Assembly (NCBI RefSeq): GCF_003704095.1
Contig: NW_020846941.1
Location: 310,001 to 374,000, forward strand
Direction of reading: 5' to 3'
DNA: 64,000 nt
Origin: Pocillopora damicornis
Taxonomy: Eukaryota
Part shown: positions 22,976-43,542 of the stretch, piece by piece
How the letters are laid out: each line of letters opens with the position of its first letter
Numbering within the stretch: position 1 is the stretch's first letter
Position numbers and translations under genes: made by a program
Notes under the pieces: generated by a model
What the model saw: only the letters and a program-made list of their open reading frames with translations
The model's database searches: none
Told to the model about the DNA's origin: nothing

Positions 22976-25900
22976 TCACCAGTCCGGTGCAATCCAGTCG
23001 AAGAATTTCATGGCTAATTCAAACCCAAGGAAACAAGCCTGTCAAAAAGAAAACAGCGAATTGATAAAAAACAATTTATCCATAAAGATATGGCGGGATT
23101 GGTTTAAACGTTTTCCGCATTAGAGCGTTTTGGATTAAGTATCGGAAAAAAACTGTTTAGTGTTTCTAAAAGCCAATCACAGACGAGCCAATGAAAAATA
23201 AAATTAATAACATGCAAGCGCGAGAAAAAGCGAGGAAGCAAATCACGGTCTGTTTTAGTTTTCCACGATTCGTTAAAACTATAGCGCGAGTTTTCTAGAC
23301 CGCTTAACGATAACTGAAAAGTAATAGCAAAGATGTGCAAGTCAATGAAGGTCTAATTTTGTGTACATGGATGTAATCCAAAGGTGTCCCTTCAATTGAA
23401 AGCAAACGAGCAATACCTCCAGTTGAATGAAGGGGTAAGTTTCTAAAGAGATTGTGGTGCTGCCAATTTACGTTATCAACTCAATTGATAACTCAAAATT
23501 ACCCAATAAATTGGTTCTTCTTGTTTTCATATCCACTCAGTGTCAAATTCAAAACGGAAACCACTGAATGATGCAATTAAAAGAGTCTACTTACTGCGTT
23601 AGCTGGAAAAGCTCTCAGCATAACTGGAGTCAGGCCTCTAAAGAGCGCCCCAGGTCCTTCCTCACGCATCTAAAATGTTACAATGCGCACTCAGTCAGGA
23701 AGATCACACTTCGAAAGTTACTTCTTACGAGCTTATCAGTTACATGAAGAGAGTGAGTTATGTTTTTCTGCTTGGACGGAATGCAAGTCCTTAGCAAGTT
23801 AACAAAGTCATGTGACCAGGTCAGGTGACCAGGACCCGACCACAGGCCTCTTCATGCAAAGTCCAGCGCGGTAATCATGGGCTTTACAGTATCCACGTCA
23901 CCCTCAGTATCACACACAGTGAGACTGACCAAACTAAACTGACATGCTCCGCAGCAACAAATTCGTAGAACTGAACTTACCATGTGTCTAAAAACATCCC
24001 TAACACCATTTGGATAAGTTCCTTCAGGTGCTGCAAATAATAAACAAAAGTAAAATTACCTTTCTCCATTTCTAATTCTGTTCCTGCGCATTTTCATGTG
24101 CCTGGAAATTTTGCTGACAAGTTACATTTGCTTGTGACGATGTACGACAAATCAGGATCAATATCAGTATCTGGGCAACTGCCCACCTACCCCTCCCCTA
24201 ACCCAACATTAACCCTAACTTGTTATCAATTGACTGTTGTTGAGTTAGGGGAGGGGTAGGTGGGCAGTTGCCCAGATACTGATATTGATCCAAAAATCAT
24301 ACTAAGGAAAAATTCTCTTCTCTTCCCTCTAAATTTCTATCATAATGCAACCATTTACCATTTAACTCCCAGAGGTGATTAACATGTAACCTCTCCCTTT
24401 AATGTCCATACAATGTCCAGAAAACAAGAAATGAGAATACTCAAACTTATCAGGTAAGAGTTGTTATCTTGATTTAACACCAAATTCTCTTAACTGATTT
24501 AGAAGGACATGTGAAGCAGCCAGAGGGGAGAATTTCAAATCAGATTTTGGGCTCAGTTAGAGGGTTAATATGCACTTTCACAAATACAGGAAGGCTGAAG
24601 TACATCAAACTGAGCAATATTAGCTGAAGAACAGTGTAGTACTGCCCTTTGTCTGAAAAAAAAACCAAGAGCTGTAGAGCTGTAGATACTGTGAGAAAAA
24701 ATGTTGAAACAGGATTTGCCAGATAAAAATACTAGTGTTTAGGAGATAGTGTGGTTACTTGTTACTGGATGGTGAGTCATCAGACATTCATCCTATACCT
24801 CACTTTCTCATAAATATATTTGTGCGTGAATTTCAGGTCCAAATTCCTCTTAATGGTCATGTCCTAGAGAAGCTGTCTACTGTACCTGTTTGCAGACGAG
24901 ACTTAAGTACATCTGGTGCTATACCAACACTCCAGTTCATCATGCCTGCCACACCTGTGAACAGAAACAGTAGGACCATTTTTCACTTGTCTTACTCAAA
25001 TTTATTCTCATTTCTACACATGGGTATTCAGTGAAAAGGAAAATACACATGCAGTAGACCCTATGAATGATTTTAAAAAACAAAGAGAGGATAAGAAGGA
25101 GAGATTTTGTTGTTTTAAGAACAATCTCATCCAACTTCTGTGGCCCTGGGTTTCCTTCCTCAAGTTCAACATGAAAAAAAGGAAAAAGCAACATTTCAGG
25201 TTTGAGAATGAAATGGGAACTTTACCTCCTGCACAGAGAATTGACAGAGCTCCAACATCTTTTCGCCTATTACAAAAAAAGAATTGTAAATTAGTAGGAT
25301 TGTTAACACAGGGGTAATACCATCTTTTAACTCCCATACATATTATTTTGTTCATCCCTGATTTGAGAACTTCTCAGTGACTAGCAAGCAGAATACTCAC
25401 GTCTTTCCCTCTGGAGTGAGTGCATTTAAGAGAAACTCATATGACGCAAAGTACATTCCTGAGGCCGGTACATCTGTAGAAAACCAAGTAAACATGAGAA
25501 AATATTCCACATTTTACAAACAATCATATCCACAGCAGATCAAATTATAAAACTGAAAAATGCTAGAAAGCACGTTATCCTGAAACTTATTCTCAAAGTA
25601 ATAAATGCATCATAACACATTTATGATCATGCTAAAACTTTCATCACACTCTTTTTCCAGTTGGGCATGAATAAGACATCTAATGCTTACTATACATATT
25701 CTTTTGTTACTAAGACAGTATATAAAGATGAAGCAGCTGCTAAATGTTTGAGATTTAAACCAAGTATTCTTAGTAGGGGGTACATTTCATATACTGTCTC
25801 TCCTTCCCACCCTACCCTCCCAGCCCAGATGTTCTATCGCATTACCCTGACAATATAATAGTACTTAGTTCACATAGACTGAAGAAAATTTTAGTGAAAA

Positions 25901-27118
25901 TGAAATGGTTCTCTTGAGAAAATTAACACGTTGACCAAGTCTCACCCTTTCACAAAACACATATCTTGAAAAGACTAATACCCATTACTTTTAACTGTTT
26001 AAATTCCCACCTCTCAATAAAGTTGCACATGTTCCTTTGTATACTCCACGGATTCCACTCTGTTTGTAAAGCTTCTTCACTACATCACTCGGTCCAGCAT
26101 ATTTCTTTTCAGCTCCACTAGCCTGCTGAATCTACAGAGAGATTGGCAGAGAGACCATTATATAATTTACAACAACCAAGAATTTAACCATCCAGGTTTA
26201 AATTTTTGTTACCATGACAACCAGGGCTAGCCTGTTAGTATTTCAGACAGCCAACCAGTATTTTGGTTAGTTAACATATCCAACTCTGACTTTCAATCTA
26301 AATGCAGAAAGAACTTTCTATATAAAATGCCTCTTAAATGTGTCCTTGTTTTTACTGAGCTGAGCATTTACTTTAAAAACTTACTTGTAAAATACACTTT
26401 ATTCTTTCTCCTGGAGCCATAATAACAGTTGTACAAACTCCAGCAAAAAAACCTGATGTCAAAATTTGAAAATACCTGCGAAAAGGGAAACAAACCTATC
26501 ATCAACTGTAATTTAAATGGATCTCCATGGAAACTAGAAAACCATGTGAAAACTCAAACTGAATGTGACATCAGGATGGGAATTGACTGCAAACCACAGA
26601 AGTTGGAAGATAAGCCACAATGCCTTCCATGCTTCTCAAAAGACCATTAGCTTATCAACCAGAAGACCTCCAGGTCTCCCATGGTTGAGCTGTACCCAAA
26701 TCAAGTTTATCATTTTACACAATGACATCTGACTTACGTTGGTTCATCAGTAGGATTCTTGAGCTGCAGTTTTTTGCCCATGTTAAATCCCCAGAAACAG
26801 ATGGCAAATATTGGTGCTACACCCACAACAGGAGCTGCCATTCCTTTGTATAAACCAAGAATTCCCTGGAAAGAAAAGTCCAATTTAACCATTCTTAAGG
26901 TATGGACCAAAATCACAAATCACCACACCTTTAATTTTAAGTATACGGCTGGGTGGAAATTATTTCTCTCATTAAAGGAGCTCTAAAATGGTTTAAGAAT
27001 CTTGACAATGCAAGCCTAAATTAAGTCATCCACAAGGCACATTTGTCCTTCTCACTTTTTCCCTGCATCTTTGGTGTCTTCCAACTCTGCTTAACTGTTA
27101 TTTTTGAGACAAATGAAT

Positions 27119-27154
<36 letters not shown>

Positions 27155-29026
27155 CTCAGTGGAAGGGTATAATAGGGTAATTTAGTATTATCAATTGAGT
27201 TGATAACATAAATTGGCCACCGCTAACAGGACCAATGCTGTCTTTTTGAGAGTTAGCCCTTCATCATTCACTCTGACCAAGGGCTATGCTCAAAATGTCA
27301 GCTTTGAAACTCTCTATGGTGGCCAATTTACATTATCAACTCAGTTAATAGTACTAAATTACCCTGTTATTTTTCAGGTTTCATTCCAACCCTAGTCAAG
27401 GATCTCAGCAGGGACTTTTGAAAGGGGTTCAAAGTTATGAATTTGTCTACCCCTTCCAAGAGGTGGTGTGTACCACTGCTCTACCTTGGGTACCAGCTGG
27501 CTCAATTATTCATGTGGGGATAAGGACCAACAAGAAGAGGAAAAACAAACAGAAAATTCCCATAGCGGCAGTGTAGATCAAAGTGCAATTTATATCGATT
27601 ACAACTTTGTGATTATACAGTATCTTAAAAATCTTGAGAGTTTTATCTGCATAACCCACCAGATATCAAACCCAACATTCTCTTTCCTGTTGGCCAGATT
27701 TATCAGTTGATTGATAATTTTGTTGATGAGTTTTGACTGTAAAATTATGGTATAGTTACAGACAAGCTTCCTCGTTTCCAGTGGTAACCAAAACTTGAGA
27801 ATTGTGCATTCCCAACCGTTAAATGTAAAAGCCTGCTAAAAACAGTCAAATGGCTTGTTGCCACTGGAACGGAGCCAGCTGCCTGTGACAACAACAAAAC
27901 TTTATCATCAGAACATAGTTGTCCAACTTCCTCTGTGCCTCACTCAACTAAAAATTGTAGTAACACATTCACCATGTTTTATAGTGTTTGTGACAGTGAG
28001 AGCTACAAAATCTCACCTCCTTTCTAACTGTTTTAAGAGCACAGTCAAGAGTTCCAGTGAACAGTGGCTTCTGCCCTGGCTCTGGTTGGGGCATGGTTTG
28101 AAGGCGAACCTGACAAAATCATGATAATCAATCAAAAGAAAACAATGCATACAAACAAACAAAATAACATTTGTAAAAAGTTAAAAAACTGAATGACACA
28201 GCATTATGATATGAGCACTTCACTGAGTGATATTAGAAAGAGCTTAATGTTGCGTGACATATTTCCATTTTACGTTTGTTTCCTCACATTGAGGAGATAG
28301 CTTCCATGCATAAATAAAAATATTCTGTTATGATCTAATTAAAGACAGCATCTTTGTTATCTGAAGTTGCCCAAATCCCCCAAAGATGGAGAGATGGAGA
28401 GATGGAGTCTTGCTCAGGTAAAAAAACTGTGTATTTCGAGTTGAAAAAATCCATTCATAAATTCATCATCTCATTCACGAAACAGGTAAAATCAAAACCG
28501 CAAGCCTGATATTCGAGAAAAAAATAAAGAGAAAATTTCGTTTCTTTATTCTGTTAAATGATAAATCTGTTGCATATCTAGCGTTCTCAGTGTTTGTTTA
28601 CTTCATTTTATCACCAGATTGTACAAATTTTACGAGACTTGACAATGGTGCCGGAGGAAAAATAGCACTGAAGTTCATGGACTTTGAACTTTGCACAAAA
28701 TTTTTGGTTTAAAAATGACTTTAGAGTGAAAAAGCCTCTTAAAATCGACCATTGATAACGCAACCATGATTATACTTGCTCTAAAAGCTATATCCAGTTG
28801 TATCATTTCCAGATTATCCATCATTTTTTTTAACGATTCCACGTCACGAAAGGTATTTGGAAATCATTTTGTTCACGACATAATTTACCTTGATCGTATC
28901 AAGTGGATGGCCAGACACTACGCAACATATTCCTCCAAATCCTCCAGCAAGGAAGTTCTTTACACCAGAGGTACTTCTGGTTTGCTTCTTTTGAGGCTCA
29001 GCAACAGCGATCTCTTTCTCTGCCAT
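22976..29026 (-). CDS. SLC25A20: Mitochondrial carnitine/acylcarnitine carrier, 11 exons
   Basis: Exons translate to [86 protein letters not shown]. Three carrier signature motifs; all introns GT-AG. Confidence 0.95.
23745..23885 (-). mobile_element. Degenerate tRNA-derived SINE fragment in an SLC25A20 intron
   Basis: Reverse complement loosely resembles the tRNA-like head at 51573 (gcgctggact..ggtcgggtcctggtc). Heavily diverged. Confidence 0.35.
24155..24291. mobile_element. Fold-back MITE with 48-bp perfect terminal inverted repeats
   Basis: GGATCAATATCAGTATCTGGGCAACTGCCCACCTACCCCTCCCCTAAC and its exact reverse complement at the other end. Flanks acaaatca / aaaaatca may be an 8-bp TSD with one mismatch. 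Confidence 0.85.
24357..24564. mobile_element. piggyBac-type (TTAA/CCCTT) MITE copy, diverged
   Basis: tttaactccc...agggttaa ends; internal similarity to the other copies at about 41180-41283 and 35134. Confidence 0.55.
27113..27370. repeat. Palindromic Penelope-like repeat with degenerate hammerhead-ribozyme cores
   Basis: Inverted arms span 27169-27370 (ataatagggtaatttagtattatcaattgagttgataac / ttatcaactcagttaatagtactaaattaccctgttat). Centre reads ctgaccaagggctatgctcaaaatgtcag. Related copies at about 23425-23505, 31670-31758 and 50830-51090. Confidence 0.65.
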
Positions 29027-29823
29027 GATGATTACACCGGTGCTTCTTACTGACTATCAGTAATTTGCCGTCATGAGGATTGTTATCAACCAGCACCGTG
29101 GGGACTGGGGTCTAGTCTTCCGCCCAGATCCTATCATGCTTGCCTTTAGCAGATACAGAAAGTAGATGCACAATATCGTAATTGTAATGGTCCCTGCGTT
29201 CAGCGGGAAAATACGTGATTCTCGCATGTGTCCTGTAAAATTACGCAGTAGAAGCCAACAATAAAGAAGCTCACAGGAGTTAAACTTTGAACTCGACGTT
29301 TCCAGTTTCTCCTTGTCAAAATTTTCATCGGTAACTCACCCTCCCTCCTTTCCGCTTCTGCCAGTGTTCTCTCTTTACATTTCCCAGCCCCATCCATATG
29401 ATCTATTACAATCCACATATGATTTGTATGCGGTGAATCCATAAGAATTTTCATATTTTATTGTTTTGATATCTCAATACATAACATCCTGAGATCCTAT
29501 TGATTAACTCGAGCGAAGTGTCAGTGGTAATGAAAGCAGCAATTCGCTTACTGAGCACTCAATTCTCAAATTCACAAATAACTCTCTCCACTTTATTTCT
29601 CGGATAAAACTCGAATACAGTTCCGTATTTTGTTACAAACACATAATTCTATTAAGGGATTCAGACATGCTATTCAGGAACCTTTGAATATTAAAACTGT
29701 ACAACTTCGTATCTGCACTGCAGAAGGGCGTTCTTTTCTTTTTTTTTTTTAATACGAATCAGTATAACTTGAGAGAGAAGAAATTCTCTAATAATAGATC
29801 GTCTGCCTTGCCGTGGTTGAAGT

Positions 29824-37745
<7,922 letters not shown>

Positions 37746-37988
37746 GTTTTTTAATGAAAATTGGTGAAAGTGTTGCTAAAATTATCGCCAGAGGTCACGT
37801 TATTTTCATTAGGTCCTGATACATGCAATACTTCTGCAAATAGCCGCTAGTTTATCGCGGCCTCAGAGCATGGTACGCTTGTACTTTATCGAGTAGCCGC
37901 TGACATGAGCTCGTTCCCAGGCTTTTCGGCCTTAGAAATTCAAGATGGCAGGGGTTAACTGGATTTTCGTATCAGTAGTGAACTGATA
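37746..37988. promoter_or_regulatory. Compact bidirectional promoter / 5'UTR region shared by DLD and TMEM187
   Basis: The two divergent ATGs are separated by only 243 bp. CpG-richer than the flanks; YY1-like CAAGATGGC at 37941; two tagccgct repeats. Confidence 0.7.
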
Positions 37989-38771
37989 ATGTTGTTGTCG
38001 TCCTCTCTTTACGTTTTCTTTCCTCTAGTATCGGCCTTTGGTATTGTGTGGGCTTTTACGATCTTCGAGCGTGTTAATGTTGAACTCGGACTGGAATATT
38101 ATGCAGAGAAGGGAGATCCTTCTACGTTCCTTAAAATGCCGGCTAATGCCTCAGTGAACTTGGGCTATTTACTGGTTGGATTATACTGGCTGTGGAAGAT
38201 ACGTAAATTAGAAAAGAAGTTGAAAGATCAAGCATTCTTCTACTACTTGTTCTCGTGGATGTCAGTGTTTTATGCCTTAGTTCAATTTGGACGGATTGTG
38301 ACACAAACGCGTTTGTTCGCTGTGATTGATCAATGGTTTACGCTTCCTTTCTTTGCATGGCTTGTTTGCTGGAACGAGTTTGTGTATCGAGGACAATGGA
38401 ATACTGGTCGTTATCTATTTATTATGCGAATTTCTGTCTTAAGTTACTTTGCTGTGTTATTTCACAATAAGGGCTTTGAAGCAGTTCTCAGTCTTCATAT
38501 CCTTGTTGCCCTGGTTTATTCTCTGAGGACACAGTTAAAACCCGGTCTAGGGACTGAAACATCGCTAATGTCAATGATCCTTGCGCTCATCTGCTGCACT
38601 GGGTTTGTCTGTTTAAAACTTGCGGATCATCAATTAGCGCAGTACTCTTTATTCCAAAGTTTCACTGGCCATTTTTGGTCTAAGGTTTGTGATGTTGGAC
38701 AAATCCACTTTGTGGCTGACTTTTTTAAAAATTTGCACATGCGACCCAAGAATGATAAAAGAGTCTCTTAA
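37989..38771 (+). CDS. TMEM187: Transmembrane protein 187, single coding exon
   Basis: Multi-TM protein with YAE..FLKMPANASVNLGY, VQFGRIVTQ..FAVIDQWFTLPFFAW and LKLADH..TGHFWSKVCD family motifs. Confidence 0.9.
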   Translation: MLLSSSLYVFFPLVSAFGIVWAFTIFERVNVELGLEYYAEKGDPSTFLKMPANASVNLGYLLVGLYWLWKIRKLEKKLKDQAFFYYLFSWMSVFYALVQFGRIVTQTRLFAVIDQWFTLPFFAWLVCWNEFVYRGQWNTGRYLFIMRISVLSYFAVLFHNKGFEAVLSLHILVALVYSLRTQLKPGLGTETSLMSMILALICCTGFVCLKLADHQLAQYSLFQSFTGHFWSKVCDVGQIHFVADFFKNLHMRPKNDKRVS

Positions 38772-39717
38772 GTTCTCAGCAAGATATGCTGGGAAACTCT
38801 TCAAATGGGCCTAGTGGCTAACCCTTTTAGTAAGATTTTTCCCATTAGCCCAAATGAGAAATTTCAGCTTGGTTGCTTTGTCACAAAAGATTTCCAGAGC
38901 ACATACAATGTTGTGAAAGTAGCCTGTTCCTGGCAGATTCTTTCCAACCCATTATTTCACTCATCCCCACTAACCTATTTTTAAGTTCACTCCAAACTCA
39001 CTAGGTAAATTTTCACAAGTGATACAAACAGCTTGTATAGTGATCAATCACTATCTGGGTGATAACAGAATACCAACACATCCTTGTTCACAAGAGACTT
39101 GTCAATCCAGTGGATACCAACTTGTTTCCAGTGTTTGCACCATCACAGAGAGGTGTTTACCTATGGAAGCATTTACTGTAGATATGATCACTAAAGATAT
39201 TCATGGCATCATGGAAAAAAAATTAAAGTAAAAAAAAAAAAAACAAGCAGACACAAATATTTGAGAGTTATATGAAGAAAGTAGTCTTTTAATGGCTGTT
39301 GGGACATCTACACCATCTAGTCAATTTGCTAATTTTCATTAATTGTTATCATTGTTTAAAATACAATGTAAGACATCTGTTGCTAAAAATCCTTAGTTAT
39401 CTCAACTCTGAAAGTTTCATCACTTAACACTGAAAAAACACTCCTAACATTTCTACACATTCTACAATGGTGCTCCTATTTAACATCAATATAAAATTTG
39501 AAATAATTTAGTTGTTGGGATTCTATTTACAAAAAATAATACTGCACTGGATGGAAGCCTGCTGGCATCCATTCTTCAAGTAACAGCAAAGCTGAGTGAC
39601 TAGCTGCCTAGCAGGAGTGTGGCTTCACAACCCACTCTTACTGAAGAGAGCAAACTCTCGAGTCAGTACAAATATTATTTAAACATTAATTATAGTATGC
39701 AATGTTCAGGGAACAGA

Positions 39718-42700
39718 TCACCCCACTGTAGATACAGATGATAAAGAAGCAGAATCCTGTATGGATGTATATTTTAATTCCAAAACAGTATTTGGGTCTG
39801 AGAGAAGTGTGTCAATATTGTCAGCAAATTTATCCCTGACTTCGTTGAAAATCATGACACTCTCCGGTTCCTCCTTGATCCAAAATGCACTGAACTCAAA
39901 GAACAAATAACCTGGAAAGAGAAAAAAAATTAATATATTTGCTACATTAATTAAGGAGAGTACATTCTAGTACTTTACAGTAATACCAACAACTTGCCAT
40001 AAAATAAATTTTCATACTGGGGCAATTGATAGCTTCCCCACTATCTGTGGTCACGCACAGCACTCTATTTCTTATTTATGTTGTCACCCTTCAATTATTC
40101 CTTAGTTGTAGAGTTTACCTTGAACTACAGTTCAACTCAGAAAAAAATTTGTCATTACAGATATCTTACACAGTCCAACTTGAAATAAAATATTGTACAG
40201 TAGATGAACTTCCTTGAATTTGTGCTTCAACTCAAATAAGAACCCACACCTTTAATAACCATACTATCATGTAAGTACACCTTCCCTCCATGTGAGTTAT
40301 TCAAATAGGCATGATAATAATGGTAGTTGCTGTTGCTGCCTTTCCTAGACCAAGATATCCAAAGAATACTTACTATAAACTTCATGAAAGTCCTCTACTG
40401 TTGGTTTGCCTTGTTTGCAGTTGTAGAAATGACTTCTAAGAGATCCTTTGTTCAAAAACTGAAGAGCTAGTGAAGTGACATTAATACCAGCAATGGCATA
40501 AGAGAACCTAGTGGCAAAGAATAATCATGATTATGTTAAACAAAAACACAGGTGCAGACATGATGACAGTAAGTGCCCTGAACACTGCATTGAAACGTTG
40601 CAATCCATACACAATTGATTAACCTGACTCTGACATCATGAGACAAACCATTAATTGAACATTCATTTATGCAGAAAGGGTACCTTGCAAAAATCAAAGT
40701 GAAAATCTTTAAGCAGGAATAGTAACAGAAAATTTCCCTAGTCATTTAATGCCAATCAAGAAAGGGCTACAAGAATCCTTGAACTTCAGTCAAACACCAT
40801 CATGGTTATTGCTTAGATGAGCCCTTCTTGGGTAAGGTACTTGTTCCCAGTAAATAACACGCAGTAATTGGCAACTTTTCAGATGTAGCTCACCAGAAGT
40901 GTGGATGATGAGATTGAGACAAAACTTTCCTTGCTGCAGGTGTGTGTTTTAATGCAAAATATCTAAATTTAAAAACAGAAGAGATAACAAGAAATTAATC
41001 TCAGATTAATGCTGACATTAAATACAAAACAAACAAAATATACTTAAACTTAAACATCATTAAATATACTTACAATAGATTATCCAGTGCAAGGACACCT
41101 AAAATAAAAAAAGTAGTCTATCAATTCAAATGCTTGAAAATTGAAAAAAGGTCAAGAGAACACTAGAATTTATTAGGTAGAAATTGTTATCTTGATCTAA
41201 CACCAAATTCTTGAAACTAATTTACAAGGAAATTTGTAATAGGTGGAGAGGAGAATCAATCAGATGATAGGGCTTGAAAGGTTTTCCCTTTAACTCCCAT
41301 GAGTGACCAAGACAGAATTTCTCCTTACAATATCAATAAAATATCAAGCAGACAAGTGATGAGAATAAAAAAATTTAATTAAGGGATTATTAGTTGATCC
41401 AAAACAAAATTCTCCAAACTTACATCACAAGAACTATATGGCAGACAGTAAAGAGAATTACTAATAAGATCTTGAGAGTCAAAGGGTTAAGAACAACATA
41501 CCCATTCCTCTAAAATCGGTCTTGGGGTCTTTTCCTTGGAAACCAATGTCTCCCCACTGCTTACTGATTCTCTCTTTCAGTGGAGTATCTGGCATCATAA
41601 GCTTCCAGAGCTATTGTATTTTAAAAAAAACTTGGTCAGTTTACAGCAAAAAATGCTTAAAAGAAACAACACAATATTTTAAATCATTAAGAGCAAACTT
41701 CATACACCACAGCACCTGCATTAACTTCTCTTCATGGCTGGCATCATCAGATGAGTATGGCTGCTTTCTCAACTGTTCAGCATCATAGCAAAGGTCTGTA
41801 TAACCACATATCTGACTCAGGCAGATAGACATGGAGTCCACAAAACTGAGAGAGATTGGTTAAAAAATTCAATATGAAACACACTAAAATGTATCACCTT
41901 GAAAAGATCACAAAAAAATGAGTGTACATCTGCCTAATATTCAAAAGACATAAATAACAGTAACTGTCTGGAAAGAACACAACCAACCCAAAGGATAGAT
42001 TCTGGAACTACAACATAGTATCAACTATATGGTTAAAAATAAGAGCTCACAGGTAAATCTTTATTGAGAATACCTACTTCAGAAAGCTTTACATAAAAAA
42101 ATTTTAATAGAGAAAAGAAAAGCTCAATAAAAATTGGCCTCTTGTCAAGATTTGTGCAGATGAAAAGCAACCTACATTTTCAAACTTTGGTTGAAATAGT
42201 AGACTTATTAACAAGAACCTATTAAAAAAGGGAAAACCAAAAATATTTCTGGAATGATGCTGCATTGAAAGAGAAAGTGCACTAATCTGTAGGCATTAGT
42301 GGTAATTGGTTTGTGGTTTCATGGTTTGCTTGAGCTTCCTGAGCTCCAATAAACCTCCTAAAATATTTCAGATGTTCACGGTTTTCTGAGTGCAATCTGT
42401 GTAATTTCTTTTGTCCATACAAAAGTTTAACTGCATCACTTAGTATGAGTAAGGTCTCCTTACAATCTAAAACCACTTACACACTTTCCTGTGCCCTTCT
42501 TATCTTTTTGACTCCTATAATCAATTCCAGTGCTTCCTGGATATCCACATTTGCTGCATCCACTAAATCTGAGAGTTCCTAACAATTCGAGAACAAAGAT
42601 TGAATTAGTTGATTAAAAATTACACCGTTTGCCCTCTGTCTTCAAAAAAAGCTACAATCTCTACACTTGTGTACACAGTAAGAAGAGAATGAAGTCAGGG

Positions 42701-43542
42701 ATGGGTGAATTACTTAACCCCTTTACTTCCTAGATCTCTATATCAATTCTCTTTCCTTTAACTTTCTAGTGAAGCTATGAGAAATTGGAGCTTGATCAAA
42801 CCATATCTCTTGGCCAACATTTTTCTATCTTCTTGTCACCTTAAAGCTTCAGTGGGATGATGTAGTGATAAAAAATAAGTTGTCAAAGGGTTTAAATAGA
42901 TATTAATTTTGTGGTTCAATTTTATCCTTGGTTCAAATTTTATTTTCCTTTGTTTCAAACTCATTATTGTACATTACAATACCCAAAAACAAAAGAAAAT
43001 AAAATTTGAACCAAGGAAAAAATTGAACCACAACATTACCATTATAACCTATTGTTTATCAATAAATAACTAACCTTGGATTTTGACTGCCTCAATGATT
43101 TTTCTGTTGAATTTAAATGACATTTAAAAGTAAAAAAGTTAGATAAATAATTCAAAAAGGTTTAAAGTTATTATTTCTACTTAAGCTTGATCAAAATGAA
43201 AAAACCTAAAGACAAATAAGTTCAGGGTCTCCCATCTGAAAAATAAAGATGTTTAAGTGTATTATTAAAACAAAACCTCTCATAAGTCATGTGAAAGAGC
43301 ATCCCTTATTCATCTCCAGTTGAATATTCTAGAAAATTAAAGATGAAAAGAGACTCCAATTTAAATTATTTTTCTCAATTTTTATATTTTTATTTACCAA
43401 CTTGGCCAGTCCTCAATGCTCCATGTCTTGTCTTGTAACAAATTCGCTGTAACTCACATTGGCCAGTAGAAAAATGAAGAATAATCTTCATCACTCGACG
43501 GTACCAAAAATAAAATGAAAGGTATCTCCAGAAATCAGCCAT
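39718..43542 (-). CDS. ELMOD2: ELMO domain-containing protein (ELMOD1/2-like ARL GAP), about 10 coding exons
   Basis: MADFW..TGQCELQRIC, EKSLRQSK, CLSQICGY..HEEKLMQLW, RISKQWGDIGFQGKDPKTDFRGMG, FSYAIAGINVT, FFEFSAFWIKEEP. Upstream non-coding exons extend to about 44850. Confidence 0.88.
41286..41486. mobile_element. piggyBac-type MITE copy, preceded by a partial related copy at about 41180-41283
   Basis: ccctttaactccc...aaaggg|ttaa; close to the reverse complement of the 61204-61407 copy. Confidence 0.75.
42909..43033. mobile_element. AT-rich fold-back MITE
   Basis: tgtggttcaattt..ccttggttcaaattttatttt and aaaataaaatttgaaccaagg..aaattgaaccaca form inverted arms. Confidence 0.7.

Noticed and set aside
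26208-26221. Good X-box match GTTACCATGACAAC in an SLC25A20 intron
   Set aside because: Far from any evident TSS; could be chance without chromatin data.
43277-43328. Possible stop-containing poison exon in an ELMOD2 intron
   Set aside because: The acceptor is plausible but the donor (gttttg) is weak; the true next exon at about 43102-43074 fits the protein.
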